A stretch of DNA of 64,000 nucleotides from an uncultured Gemmatimonadaceae bacterium (GCA_963843845.1 CAWJMB010000001.1:64001-128000), one strand, 5' to 3'. Shown: positions 1 through 11,161, numbered from the stretch's first letter. Notes: generated by a model from the letters alone, not told the origin. Program-made: numbers and translations.

Positions 1-225
1 TATGCCCACCTCCTGGCCGGCGACGTCACGCACGACGCGGCAGGTGTGCTCGACGACGCGCCCGATGACGCGCCAGGCCATGCCGAGCGGGACCTGACAG
101 GCGCGGCGATCCGCGACGTCGGCCCGGAGGACGTGACGGCGCTCCGGCGAGAGGTCGCCGAGCTGCGACAGGAGGTCGCGGCGCTCCGGGGCGAGCTCGC
201 CGCGTTCCGCACGCAGTTCGAGTGA
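1..225 (+). CDS. DUF480/YceH-like protein, 3' end (partial)
   Basis: Frame 1 reads YAHLLAGD...VTALRREVAELRQEVAALRGELAAFRTQFE*, matching the typical YceH C-terminus with a coiled-coil tail. Confidence 0.7.
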   Translation, partial: YAHLLAGDVTHDAAGVLDDAPDDAPGHAERDLTGAAIRDVGPEDVTALRREVAELRQEVAALRGELAAFRTQFE

Positions 226-421
226 CGTCGCTCGCGTAGCGTCCGGCGCCGGCGGCTGCGCGCGGATCGTGATCCCGTCGGTGCGCCGCGCCCGGGCGGC
301 GACCGGAACGAACCGCACGCGGCGACGCGGCGTGACGGCGTGTCGTGCGAGGCGGAACGGGTGACGGGGGATCATTATACGGGCACCTCCCCGCCCCGTC
401 ATCCACCCGCCGAGGACGTTC

Positions 422-2168
422 ATGCGTCTCCGTGTCGCCCTGATCACACTCTGCGTGCTCGCGACCACTGCCGGCACGCCGCCCCCGTCGCCGCAGCCGC
501 AGTCGCAGTCGGCGGCGTTCTCGCGGTTCGTCGATCGCTATCTCGACGATTGGGCGCGGCGGCACCCGTCGATCGCGGCGGGCAACGGCTTGCACCAGCA
601 CGACGACCGGCTCGACGACTACTCGGCCGCCGGCATCCGCGCGGAGATCGCGGCGCTGAAACAGGATCGGACGACGCTGCGCGCGTTCGACCCCGCCGCG
701 CTCACCCCCGACGAGCGCGTCGACCGACGCATCCTGTCCGGCGTCATCGACGGCTGGCTGCTCGAGCAGGAGACGCTCGCGAACTGGCGGCGGAACCCGA
801 TGCTCTACGCGTCGGCGCTGAGCGACGGCGTGCACAACCTCATGGTGATGGAGAACGCGCCGGCGCCGGCGCGCATGCGGCGCGTGATCGCGAAGCTGCG
901 CGGCGTGCCCGCCTTCCTCGCGCACGCACGCACCAACGTCGTGAACCCGCCGCGGCTGTTCGCCGAGCGCGGCGCCGCCATGATGCGTGGGGCGAGCGGG
1001 ATGCTCCGGGGCGACCTCCTCGCGGCGTTCGCGAGCGAGCCGAACGCGGCGCTCCGCGACTCGCTGCGTGCGGCCGCGCTCGCGGCCGCACCGCTCGTCG
1101 ACGCATACGTCGCCTATCTCGAGCGCGACGTCATCCCGACCGCGCACGCGAACTACGCGCTGGGCGCACCCTACGTCGCGCGGCGATACCGCGCCGAAGA
1201 GTTGATCGACACGCCGCTCGACACGCTCCTCGCGCTCGGCGACCGCGAGCTGACGGCGTTGCAGCTGCAGTTCCGTGACGCCGCGGCCCGACTCGATCGC
1301 ACGCGTCCCGCCGTCGACGTGTGGCAGGAGGTGCGGCGCGACCACCCGCCGATGGGAGGCGTGGTCGCCGCGACACAGCGCGTCGTCGACTCGCTCACCG
1401 CGTTCGTCGTCGCCCGCGGGATCGCGACGGTGCCGCCGGCCGAGCGCGTGATCGTCGAGCCCGCGCAGCCGTTCGACCTGGGCTTCGCGTCGATGCACGC
1501 CTCGCCGCCGCTCGAGACCAGGCCGCTGAAGAGCATCTACTACATCACCGACGCGAACGCGACGATGAGCCCGACCGAGCGCGACGCGTGGCTCGAGCGG
1601 TACAACTACGCCTCGTTCGGGCAACACGTCGGCGCACGAGGCGATGCCCGGCCACTGGCTGCACTCGACATACATGCGCCGCACCCCCGGGAAGGTCCGC
1701 CGCATCTGGATCGGGCTGAACCCGTTCCCGCAGCCATCGTCCGGCCAGGACGGCTGGGCGCACTACGCCGAGCAGATGGTGCTCGACGAGGGGTACGGGG
1801 GCCCGCGGCACCGCCTCGCGCAACTGAGCGACGCGCTCACCCGCGTCTGCCGCCTCCTCTCCGGCATCCGGGTGCACTCGGGCGCGTGGACGCTCGCCGA
1901 CGCACAGCGCTGCTTCGAGCAGGAGGCCTACGTCGCCGCCCCCGCCGCGAAGCGCGAGGCCGAGCGCGCGACCTACGACCCGACGTACGGCGGCTACTTC
2001 CTCGGCAAGCGCGGGATCCAGACGCTGCGCGCGGACGTCGCGCGATCGTTAGGCAGCCGCTTCGACCTGCGCGCGTTCCACGAGCGGTTCATGACCGAGG
2101 GAATCGCGCCGGTGGCGGCGCACCGCGAGCTCATGCTCCCGGGCGACACCCGGCCGGCGCTGCGTTAG
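422..2168 (+). CDS. DUF885 family secreted protein (frameshift near 1618)
   Basis: Signal peptide, GLHQHDDRLDDYS, then HE..PGHWLH and GWAHYAEQM..AFHERF split over ORFs 422.. and 1644..2168. Confidence 0.8.
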
Positions 2169-2269
2169 ACGGACGCGGACCGGCGGACGGCGGTGCGCGG
2201 CGGCGGTGCGCCGGCGGCGGTGATCCGTCGCGCCGCGCGTCGGCGCGCCGTGTGCGAGAGCGTCCGCGC

Positions 2270-2755
2270 ATGCGCCCCGCCGACGATCCGAGCTGGTCCT
2301 GCTACCCCGACACCGTCCTCGAGCTGTCGACGCCCGAGGCGGTGCGCATCGACCTTCGTCGTCCGGTCGACGCCGCGGCGCGCCGCGCGCTCGAGCGCGC
2401 CGGCTTCGCCGAACCGTTCGCAGTCGTGACGTCCGCCAACCCGCGCGGCGAGCAGATCGCCGACGACACGAACGAGCGGCGCGAGCTCCGGCTCCGCCGT
2501 ACGATCGCCGCGAGCGGACGCCGCTGGTCGCGCGCCGACGGCGTGTCGGCCGATGGTGGGCACCGCGAGCCCGGCGTCGCGGTGGTGATGCCGCGGGACG
2601 AGGCCGTGCAGCTCGCGCGCGACTTCGGGCAGTCGGCGATCTTCTGGTTCGACGGCGCGGCGTTCTGGCTCGTCGGCGCGCTCGTCGAGGCGGTACCGCA
2701 GCGGCTCCCGCTCGCCGCGGACAGCGCCGGCGACCCCGGACGTCCCGCGCGGTGA
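2270..2755 (+). CDS. DUF3293 domain protein
   Basis: AVVTSANPRGE, REPG and ARDFGQSAIFW motifs. Confidence 0.75.
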   Translation: MRPADDPSWSCYPDTVLELSTPEAVRIDLRRPVDAAARRALERAGFAEPFAVVTSANPRGEQIADDTNERRELRLRRTIAASGRRWSRADGVSADGGHREPGVAVVMPRDEAVQLARDFGQSAIFWFDGAAFWLVGALVEAVPQRLPLAADSAGDPGRPAR

Positions 2756-3192
2756 GTGCCGAATCGCTCGTCGTTCCGGCATATCGCGTCGACGATCAGT
2801 TCGGCCGCGCGCACGACGCCGCCTCCGCGCTGGGCACCCCGGCCGCGTACGTGCTCGCGACCTACGACGGCGTGTTCGCGCTCCCGCGGTGGGCCGAAGC
2901 GCTCGGTGTCGCGCTCGCCGCGCCGGGCGCACCGGCGGCGCAGGTCGTTCCCGTCCTCGCGATCGCCGCGATCCCGCCCCTCTTTCGCGACGCCGTGCGG
3001 AGGCTGCTCCCCCGGGAGCCGCGCGCGTGGACGCTGCTCGACTGGAACGACGTGCTCGCACCGCTCCGCGTCGCCGGGAGCCCGTGCACGATCGCGGTCG
3101 TCGACGCGACGGGGCGCGTCCGCCACCGCGAGGGCGTCGGCGGCACCGCGGAGCCGGCCCAGCTCACCGCGCTCCTCGCACACCTCGTCTGA
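2752..3192 (+). CDS. Hypothetical protein, possible thioredoxin-like fold
   Basis: GTGA overlap with upstream stop; DDQFG, TLLDW and IAVVDATGRV segments. Confidence 0.55.
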   Translation: MSAESLVVPAYRVDDQFGRAHDAASALGTPAAYVLATYDGVFALPRWAEALGVALAAPGAPAAQVVPVLAIAAIPPLFRDAVRRLLPREPRAWTLLDWNDVLAPLRVAGSPCTIAVVDATGRVRHREGVGGTAEPAQLTALLAHLV

Positions 3193-3210
3193 CCACGACG
3201 ACCCGCGTGC

Positions 3211-5520
3211 TCAGAACAGCAGCCGGTACACCAGACTCACGTTCCGGCCCGGATTGAACGCGAACGTCTTCACGCGGCTCGTCGCGTCCACGTACCGCTC
3301 GTCGAGCACGTTGTCGACGCGCAGCGTGAGCGAGGTGATCTGCCCGCGCACGGAGAGCGTGAGCCCCGCGCTCAGGTCGAGCAGGTCGTACGACGGGGTC
3401 GCGAGCCCCGCCGGGTCGTCGTCGCTCACCGCCGGCGGCACCCGCTCCTGCGCGAACGCGTGACGGTACTCGGCGCCGAACGACGTGCGGCCGTTGTCGT
3501 ACCGCGCGAGCCCGCCGAGTCGCGACGCAGGGATGAAGGGGAGCGGCGTGCCGGTCGCGCGGAAGTCGCCGCGCACGACATCGCCCATCGTGCCGACCAC
3601 GACGCGCGGCGCGACCTCGAGCTCGAGGCGCCCCTCGACGCCGCGCAGTCGCGCGTCGGCCTGCGTCACGCGGTTCAACGGCACGGTCTGGGTACCGTCG
3701 TCGTTCGTGAACGTGGTGTCGCCGACGATGTTCGGCGTGATGTAGTTGTCGATGAGGTTGTAGTAGGCCGCCAGCTGGCCGTTGACGCCCTTCCCCTCGA
3801 CGCGGAAGACGCCGTCGAACCCGCCGTTGACCTCGGCCCGCAGGCGCGGGTTGCCGACGTCGAACGTCCCCGTCGCCTCGTGGAACGCATTCGCCGACAG
3901 CTCCTCGACCGACGGGGCGCGGAACGCCCGCGCCGCGCTCCCCGCGAGCGTCGCGCGGGTGCCTAACGGAACGCTCAGCCCGACCGAGCCGGAGAGCTGG
4001 TTGAACGTCCGCGCGCCGGCGAACGCGGCGAACTTCGCGGCGCTCTGCCGCACGTCGATCGTGTACGCGTCGAAGCGCACCCCCGCCTGCAGCTTCGGGA
4101 CGCGCGCGTGCTCGACGTCGCCGCCCGCGTCGCCGACCCTGCCCAACGCCAGCTCCTGGAACGCGAACGTGCCGAGCCCCGTGCTGTTCGCCGCGGGAGT
4201 GAGCGCCTCGGTGCCGGTCGCGCCGTACTGCTTGAACAGGCCGGAGACGCCGAACGCGCCGCTCGTGCGGCCGACGCGCGTGCGGGCGAGCAGGTCGGCC
4301 GTCTGCGTCGTCAGGTTGAAGCGTGTGTTCACCACGCCGCTCTCCTGGTCGACCTCGGCGTGCGTGTACCACTGCGCGGTCGTGCCGGCGCGGAGCGACG
4401 TGAGCGCGCCGGCGTTCAGCGTGACGTCCGCCCGCCCGACCACCTCGTTCCGCCGGCCGTCGATCTTCGCGCGCTCCGCGTCGGCCGACGGCAGCCCGTA
4501 GTCGAACTTGTAGCCGCGGTAGATGACGCCCCCCGTCACGCTGCTGTTCGCGAAGCCGACGCCGGCGATGCCGTTGTAGTTGCGCGCGAACGTGTTCGGC
4601 AGCCGCGTGTTGCCGCCGCCGCGCAGATCCTCGGTGCGCCGCACGCCGCCGCGCGCGACGAGCGCGAACCGCTCTCCCGTCGGGATCGTCACGCCGGCCG
4701 ACACGCCACCGCCCGGCGTCGCCGACTCGGCCTGGCCGGCGACATAGCCGTCGAGGTGCGTCGGGATCGACGTCGGGATGTCGTTGGAGATGACGTTGAC
4801 GACCCCGCCGAGCGCCTGATTGCCGTAGAGCAGCGACGCCGGCCCGCGCACGACCTCGATGCGCTGCGCGGTGAGCGGGTCGATCGACACGCCGTGATCG
4901 GGCGCCGACGACGAGAGGTCGCCCGCGCGGTCGCCGTCCTGGAGCACGAGGATGCGCTCGCCCTGCAGACCGCGGATCACCGGCGCGCTCGCCGCCGGCC
5001 CGTTGTAGCGCACCGAGATCCCCGGCTCGCGCGACAGCGTCTGCGCCACCGTGCCGCTGAGCTGCCGGGCGAGCGCCGGCCCCGACAGCGTCGTCACCGA
5101 CTGCGGCACGTCGCGCGGGTCGCTGCCGGCCGCCGTCGCCGTCACCTGCACCGCCGACAGCGCGACGGCGGACGGCGCGATGGTCAGCGTCACACTCACG
5201 TCGCCGCCGCTCGCCGGCACCGTCACGTCCGTGTGGCTCGGCGCGTAGCCGATCCGCTGCGTCGAGAGGTGATAGGTCCCCGCCGGCACCGCCGCGAACC
5301 GGAACGCCCCCGAGTCGTTCGTCGTCGCCACGCGGTTGAGCTGCGCCAGGATGACCTGCACGCTCCCGACCGGCCGCCCCGCCGCGTCGCGCACGACGCC
5401 GCCGAGCCCGACGGCGACAGCGGCCCGGCGAGCGCCGCGCGGCGGGAGGGCGTCGGCCGGCGGCGGCGACGCGACGTGGAGCGCGCCGAGCACACAGGCG
5501 GTGCGAACGATCGAATGCAT
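3211..5520 (-). CDS. TonB-dependent receptor, ZnuD-like metal uptake type
   Basis: Carboxypeptidase-regulatory N-domain, plug (PVIRGLQGERI, APDHGVSIDP, IEVVRGPASLLYG), barrel ending PGRNVSLVYRLLF. Confidence 0.9.
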   Translation of the reverse strand: MHSIVRTACVLGALHVASPPPADALPPRGARRAAVAVGLGGVVRDAAGRPVGSVQVILAQLNRVATTNDSGAFRFAAVPAGTYHLSTQRIGYAPSHTDVTVPASGGDVSVTLTIAPSAVALSAVQVTATAAGSDPRDVPQSVTTLSGPALARQLSGTVAQTLSREPGISVRYNGPAASAPVIRGLQGERILVLQDGDRAGDLSSSAPDHGVSIDPLTAQRIEVVRGPASLLYGNQALGGVVNVISNDIPTSIPTHLDGYVAGQAESATPGGGVSAGVTIPTGERFALVARGGVRRTEDLRGGGNTRLPNTFARNYNGIAGVGFANSSVTGGVIYRGYKFDYGLPSADAERAKIDGRRNEVVGRADVTLNAGALTSLRAGTTAQWYTHAEVDQESGVVNTRFNLTTQTADLLARTRVGRTSGAFGVSGLFKQYGATGTEALTPAANSTGLGTFAFQELALGRVGDAGGDVEHARVPKLQAGVRFDAYTIDVRQSAAKFAAFAGARTFNQLSGSVGLSVPLGTRATLAGSAARAFRAPSVEELSANAFHEATGTFDVGNPRLRAEVNGGFDGVFRVEGKGVNGQLAAYYNLIDNYITPNIVGDTTFTNDDGTQTVPLNRVTQADARLRGVEGRLELEVAPRVVVGTMGDVVRGDFRATGTPLPFIPASRLGGLARYDNGRTSFGAEYRHAFAQERVPPAVSDDDPAGLATPSYDLLDLSAGLTLSVRGQITSLTLRVDNVLDERYVDATSRVKTFAFNPGRNVSLVYRLLF

Positions 5521-5643
5521 GAGCTGTCCTCGTGATGAGCCTACGACAAACGTAGAGGCGCAGCGCGAATCGACACGCGGCGACCAACGAACGGTCGATT
5601 TCGGCACATGAGCGGCGTCACCGCGTCGGCGGCGGAACACGCG

Positions 5644-6468
5644 TCACAGGCGCAACAACGAGTCGCGCACGACGCGCGACCGCAGCCGGCTCACCGCGTG
5701 CTGCTGCCCGTCGGCGAGCGACACGAGATACGTGCCGCCCGGCATCGGGCTCACCTTCGCGATCGCCGCGACGCGCACGAGCGCCCCGCGCGACAGCCGC
5801 ACGAAGTCGCCGACCGGGAGCCGCGCCTCGAGGTCCTTGAGGCGGTACGTGATCGTGTGCCGCTCGCCCCGCTCCGTCGTCAGGTGCAGCAGCTCGCCGT
5901 CGGCGACGATCGACACGACCGTCGCGACCGGCACGAGTACGACGTCGTCGCGCCGGCGCACGGGAATGCGGTCGAGGGCTCCCGTCGCGACCGACGCCGT
6001 CGCGCCCTCGCTGCCGAGCGACGCGACCGTCGCCGCGTGGCGCTGCGCCTCGCTCTCCCGCCAGTCGGCGCGCTCCAGCCGCTCGTGCGCGCGCGCGAGC
6101 GTGTGCCGCAGCCGCGTGGCGTCGACCGGCTTGAGCAGGTAGTCGACCGCGTTCAGCTCGAACGCCTGCACCGCGTACGCGTCGTACGCCGTCACGAACG
6201 CGACGAGCGGCAGCGCATCCTTGCGCAGCAGTCGCACGACGCCCAGCCCGTCGACCTCGGGCATCTGCAGGTCGAGCAGCGCGAGGTCCGGCCGCTCCCG
6301 CTCGATGAGTCGCACCGCCTCGGCGCCGTTCGACGCCTCGCCGACGACGGCGACGTCGGGGGCGCCGGCGAGCAGGGTCACGAGGAACTGCCGCGCCGGA
6401 CGCTCGTCGTCGGCGACGACCACGCGCAGACGGCTCGCCGTCTCGCGATGCGACGCGTCGCGCGTCAC
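5644..6468 (-). CDS. LytTR-family response regulator
   Basis: VADDE, LDLQMP, FVTAYD..AVDYLLKP receiver; LytTR FVRLSRGALV; start approximate. Confidence 0.9.
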   Translation of the reverse strand: MTRDASHRETASRLRVVVADDERPARQFLVTLLAGAPDVAVVGEASNGAEAVRLIERERPDLALLDLQMPEVDGLGVVRLLRKDALPLVAFVTAYDAYAVQAFELNAVDYLLKPVDATRLRHTLARAHERLERADWRESEAQRHAATVASLGSEGATASVATGALDRIPVRRRDDVVLVPVATVVSIVADGELLHLTTERGERHTITYRLKDLEARLPVGDFVRLSRGALVRVAAIAKVSPMPGGTYLVSLADGQQHAVSRLRSRVVRDSLLRL

Positions 6469-8449
6469 GACGCCGCCGCGAGCGTCCGCGACGTCGCGCG
6501 CACCGGGATCCACAGCTCGATCGTCGTGCCCTCGCCGGGCGCGGTGCGGATGCCCATGCGCGCCGCCGCGCCGTAGAGGCGCGCGAGCCGCCGCTCCACG
6601 CTGCGCAGCCCGACACGGTCCTCGCGGCGGTGCGCGAACACGTCGGGGTGCGCGCCCGCCCCGGTGTCGCTCGACCGTCAGGTGCAGGCGCCGCTCGTCG
6701 CCGAACGGCGTCGCCCCCTCGACGCGGCCGCGCACGACGACCTCCCCCCGCACGCAGCGGGCTGATGCCGTGCTTCACCGCGTTCTCCACGAGGGGCTGC
6801 ACGAGCAGGGGAGGCAGCAGCACGGCGCGCGCGTCGGCGTCGACGTCGATCGTCACGCGCAGCCGCTCCTCGAAGCGCGCCTGCTCGATCGCGAGGTACG
6901 CCGAGACGATCTCCAGCTCGTCGCCGAACGGCAGCAGCTCGCTCGCGCTCGGCCGCAGCACGGCGCGCAGCAGGTCGGTCAGCCGGTAGAGCGTGACGAG
7001 CGCGCGGTCCGGGGCCGTCTGCACGAGGTAGCCGATCGTCGTCAGCGCGTTGAACAGGAAGTGCGGGTTGAGCTGCGCACGCAGTGCCCGGAGCTCCGCC
7101 TCGGTCGCCAGCCGCAGCATGTCCTGCTCGCGTGCCTCGCGAGCGTACCGCTCCTCCGCCATGCGGATCGCGTCGATCCGGCGCGCCGCGGTCACGCTCA
7201 CCTGCTCGAGCAGCGCCACGTCGTCCGACAGGAGCCGGCGGCCCGGCGCGAGCCGCTCGATCGTGAGCGTGTAGCGCGGCGCCTCAGCGGTCGGCACGGC
7301 GACGACGGCGCCGGTGCCGTGATGCGTCCGCGTCACCACGACGACCGGCGGGACGACGTTCGACGCTCCGTCCGGCCTACCCGTCGCCGGCGCGCGCTCC
7401 GCCGCCGGCGCGTCGACGTCCCGCCACGCGATCGCCGTCGTGCCGAGGGCCGTCGTGAGCCGGTCGCGCACCGTGTCGAGCGTCGACTCGGCGCCGTCGC
7501 ACGCGAGGACGTCGTGGGCGATGCGCTCGCTCAGCACGCGGAAGTCCGGACGGCGCAGCACCACGCGGTCGACGAACGCCCACACGACCCGCCGCACGGG
7601 GAGCGCGATCAGCGCCGCCGCGCACCACAGCGCGAGCAGCACGCCGACGCCGAACGGGTCCGACGGGTCGGCGACGAGGCGCGGCACGACGACCGGGCCG
7701 ACGACGTAGAGATGCGCGAGCACGCCGGCGGCGACCATCGCGACGGCGAGCAGCGCGCGCTTCAGGAACACGTCGGCGAGCGCGAAGCGGAAGTCCTGAT
7801 GGAGGATGACGAGCGCGAGCAGGATCGACGCGTGGTCGCCGAGCAGCTCGACGCCGACCGGCTCGACGCTCGCGGGGTGGTGGCTCAGGTGCAGCGCCAT
7901 CACCGCGAACGCCGCGAGCGCCGCGGCCGTGAGCGGCGCGCCGTTCCCCGGCTGCCGCCGCACGACGAGCGCGAGCACCGGGAGCACGACCGCGTAGCCG
8001 ACCGTCAGCAGCAGCAGCGCGTCGGAGCTCGGCACCGGGTGCCCGCTCGCCGCGGCGGCGAGATGCATGGCCGCGCCGACCGCGCTCAGCGCGTGCGCCG
8101 CGAGCGTGACGGCGCGCCGCGCGCGCCCCCGCGCGCCCAACACCGTCGCCTGCACGACGACCGCGGGGAGGAAGCCGAGCGCCGCGAACGCGACCGCGCC
8201 GACCGCCGCCGTCGTCGGGGTGCCGATCGGCACGAGCCCGACGTCGCGCCCGCCGTAGAGCGCGAGCGCCCCGACGTTCCACAGCAGGCCGAGCACCGCC
8301 GTCGCGATCGGGATGCGGTCGAGCCGCGGCCCCTCCGCCGCCCCGCGCGCCGCACGGAACGCCATGACGCCGAGCATCGCGTAGAGCGCGATGCCGGTGC
8401 CGAAGCCCGCGAGGTGCAGCAGTCGAACGGGGAGCGAGATGTCCGTCAC
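6465..8449 (-). CDS. LytS-type membrane histidine kinase (frameshifts near 6670-6750)
   Basis: Multiple TM helices, LRAQLNPHFLFNAL, QPLVENAVKHG; C-terminus GLRSVERRL..GTTIELWIP in another frame. Confidence 0.85.
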
Positions 8450-8510
8450 GGCGCGTTCACGGCGCGTTCACGGCGCGCTCACGGCGCGGTCACGTAGCGC
8501 GGTCACGGCG
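8446..8510. repeat. About 11-bp tandem repeat (TCACGGCGCGN)
   Basis: tcacggcgcgt-tcacggcgcgt-tcacggcgcgc-tcacggcgcgg-tcacgtagcgcgg-tcacggcg between fur and the kinase. Confidence 0.85.
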
Positions 8511-8907
8511 CCGTCGCGGCGGCAGCGGACCGCGTCGCGCGCCCGCACGCGCGGCAGCGGCCGTAGAGCACGACTTCGTGTCCGTCGAGCTCGAACCCAG
8601 GCGGCACGAGCGACGCGAGCCCGCCGGGGCACCCTTCGATCTCGTACACACGGTCGCAGCGCCGGCAGCGAAAGTGGTGATGATGCTGCGCGCCCGCCAG
8701 CTCGTAGCGGTCCGGCTCGCCCGGCAGCGCGACCGCGACGATGGTGCCGTCGTCGACGAGCGCCTTCACGGTGCGGTACACCGTCGCGAGCCCGACGCTC
8801 GGCACGTCGCGCTGCGCGGCGTCGAGCAGCTCCTGCGGCGAGAGCGGGCGCCCCAGCCGCGCGAGCGCGTCCTTGATCGCGGTGCGTTGACGAGTGGTTC
8901 GCGTCAT
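8503..8907 (-). CDS. Fur-family regulator (Zur/Fur/Nur-like)
   Basis: TRQR, GLATVYRTV, HHHHFRCRRC, YGRCRAC. Confidence 0.9.
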   Translation of the reverse strand: MTRTTRQRTAIKDALARLGRPLSPQELLDAAQRDVPSVGLATVYRTVKALVDDGTIVAVALPGEPDRYELAGAQHHHHFRCRRCDRVYEIEGCPGGLASLVPPGFELDGHEVVLYGRCRACGRATRSAAAATAP

Positions 8908-8933
8908 GGCGAGGGAGAACGAAGAGAACGAAC

Positions 8934-8984
8934 GTGCCGTGCCGGACGTGCCGTGCCGGACGTGCCGTGCCGGACGTGCCGTGC
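8934..8984. repeat. 14-bp tandem repeat GTGCCGTGCCGGAC x3.5
   Basis: Directly visible between the ZIP stop and the fur start. Confidence 0.85.
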
Positions 8985-9737
8985 CTAACGCACGAGCGCC
9001 GCGACGCCGACGAGCGAGGCGCCGACCGCCGCGGTCACGAGCGACGCGGCGCGCGTGCCCGCCGGCTGCCGCACGATCGCCGCGGCGAGATAGAGAAACG
9101 TCCCCGCCGCGAACGGCAACATGCTCGCCGCGAACGACTCGGCGCGCGTGCCGATCGTCAGCGCGACGGCCGCGCCGGCCACGGCGACGAGCCCCGTCGC
9201 GAGGTTGTAGACGATCGCCCGGCGCGCCGGCACGCCGGCGTGCACGAACACCCCGAACGTCCCGAGCTCGCGCGGCAGCTCGTGCAGCGCGACGGCGACC
9301 GCGGTCAGGACGCCCAACGAGGGCGAGGCGAGAAAGCTCGCGCCGACGAGCACGCCGTCGACGAGGTTGTGCAGCGCGTCCCCCGCCACGAGCAGCGGAA
9401 CGAGCGGCCGCCTGCCCCCCGGTCCGCCACCGCGCGCGCCGTCGGCGAGTCGCCCCGTCGCCACGCGGTGCATCGTGCGCTCGACGATCGCGAACAGCGC
9501 CGCGCCGGCGAGCGTCATGAGGGCGACGAACAGCGGCCGCTCGGGGTAGCGCGCGACCGCCTCCGGCAGGAGATGAAAGCACGCCGCGCCGAGCAGCGCG
9601 CCGGCGGCGAGCGCGACGAGCGACGGCAGCACGCGCCGCAGCAGCGCCTCGCGCATCGCCAGCGGCACCATCACGACGAGCGGCACGAGACTCGTGATCG
9701 CGACCGTCGCTACCCCGCCGCGCCACGCCTCGTTCAC
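8985..9737 (-). CDS. ZIP family metal transporter
   Basis: HLLPEA, GDALHNLVDG, ALHELPRELG, AGTFLY. Confidence 0.9.
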   Translation of the reverse strand: MNEAWRGGVATVAITSLVPLVVMVPLAMREALLRRVLPSLVALAAGALLGAACFHLLPEAVARYPERPLFVALMTLAGAALFAIVERTMHRVATGRLADGARGGGPGGRRPLVPLLVAGDALHNLVDGVLVGASFLASPSLGVLTAVAVALHELPRELGTFGVFVHAGVPARRAIVYNLATGLVAVAGAAVALTIGTRAESFAASMLPFAAGTFLYLAAAIVRQPAGTRAASLVTAAVGASLVGVAALVR

Positions 9738-9801
9738 GTTCCCGCTCCGTCGCGCGTCGAATCGATGTTCGCCGAGTCGCGGAGTTCGCGTCAGGCGTTA
9801 G

Positions 9802-9817
9802 TGAGAATACAATCTCA
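9802..9817. promoter_or_regulatory. Fur-box-like palindrome TGAGAATACAATCTCA
   Basis: AT-rich inverted repeat TGAGA-N6-TCTCA about 65 bp upstream of the ZIP-fur operon. Confidence 0.6.
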
Positions 9818-9882
9818 ACAATCGCCGCGCAACGTCGTCGCCTGCCGCGCGTCGCGTTCGTCGCGACGCGTCGTGCGCGGCG

Positions 9883-10689
9883 TCACACCTCGACCAGCGC
9901 CGGCAGCTCGGGCAGCTCCGTCGGCGCCGGCAACCGCTCGAACATCGGCCGGCCGAGCAGGTAGCCCTGGCAGAGGCGCACGCCGGCGTCGGTGAGCCAG
10001 GCCAGCTCGGCCGCCGTCTCGATCCCTTCGGCGATCACGTCGATGCCGAGCTCGTCGCAGACCATGAGGATCGCGCGCACGATGCTCTGGCTCGGCCCGC
10101 GCCCCTCGATGCCGCGTACGAGCGCCATGTCGAGCTTGAGCAGGTCGGGCTGCAGGTCGGCGAGCAGGTTGAGCCCCGCGTACCCCGCGCCGAAGTCGTC
10201 GATCGCGACGCAGAGGCCGGCCCCGCGGTACTCGTCGATGACCGCCGCGAACGCCGGGTGGTCGTCGATCGCCTCGCTCTCGGTGATCTCGACGATGAGC
10301 TGCTGCGGGCGGAGCCCCGCGTGCCGCGCCGCCGCGAGCAGCGGGGCGAGCCCGTTCCGTGCGCCGGCGCCCGGTGGGCCGGCGGTCGATGCGCCGGCGC
10401 CGACGCCTGACACACTGCGCGGCAGCGCGTTCACACTCAGCCGGCACCGAATGCCGAGCCGCCCCGCGAGCGCGACGGCGGCGAGACGGCTCTCGGCGTC
10501 GAACGCGAACAGCGCGTCCTCGGGGACGCGCGCGAACACGGTGCCGGCCGGCTCGCCGCGCGCGCCGCGCACGAGCGCCTCGTACGCGAACGCCGCGCCG
10601 GTCGACACGTCGACGATCGGCTGGAACGCGTAGCTGTACCACGGCAGCACGACGCGCTCCGCGTCTGGCGCGCCCGCCTCGTCAGACAC
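9883..10689 (-). CDS. Stand-alone EAL c-di-GMP phosphodiesterase
   Basis: FQPIVD, YEALVR, VEITE, IDDFGAGY, KLD, AEGIE, QGY. Confidence 0.9.
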   Translation of the reverse strand: MSDEAGAPDAERVVLPWYSYAFQPIVDVSTGAAFAYEALVRGARGEPAGTVFARVPEDALFAFDAESRLAAVALAGRLGIRCRLSVNALPRSVSGVGAGASTAGPPGAGARNGLAPLLAAARHAGLRPQQLIVEITESEAIDDHPAFAAVIDEYRGAGLCVAIDDFGAGYAGLNLLADLQPDLLKLDMALVRGIEGRGPSQSIVRAILMVCDELGIDVIAEGIETAAELAWLTDAGVRLCQGYLLGRPMFERLPAPTELPELPALVEV

Positions 10690-11161
10690 GAACGCTCCGG
10701 GCGACCTGACCGGTCGCCTGCGGTGCCGCGCGCCCCGCACGCCACCGCCCGCCGCGGAACGCCGTCAGCAGCTTCTGCGCGCGCCCCGGATCGAGCTGCG
10801 TGACGCACGACGCGCCGTCGAAGAAGTCGTTCAGCCCCGCGACGCGCGCGACTTCCGTCGGCGACGCGCTCGCGTAGCCCATGCTCCACTCGCCGAACGA
10901 GCGGCGCGGGATCCGCTCGCGGATGATCGTCACCGGGCGCGCGTGTCGCGGGTCGCCGGCGATGCGCGCGAAGGTCCTGTCGACCGCGTCGGGCGGCCCT
11001 TCGAGTACCTGGAAGAAGCTGCCGTCGATGTAGAGCAGCATCCCCGTGACACCGTCGCGCACGTTGTTCGCGCGCGACGTGAGGAGCACCGTCGACAGCT
11101 CGCCGTCGGTCGGCAGGCTCGTCGCGACGCTTGCATAGATCAGGTGGATCAACGAATCCAT
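10682..11161 (-). CDS. BLUF blue-light sensor
   Basis: LIYAS, SRANN..GVTGMLLY, FFQVLEG, DPRH, FGEWSMG. Confidence 0.92.
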   Translation of the reverse strand: MDSLIHLIYASVATSLPTDGELSTVLLTSRANNVRDGVTGMLLYIDGSFFQVLEGPPDAVDRTFARIAGDPRHARPVTIIRERIPRRSFGEWSMGYASASPTEVARVAGLNDFFDGASCVTQLDPGRAQKLLTAFRGGRWRAGRAAPQATGQVARSVRV

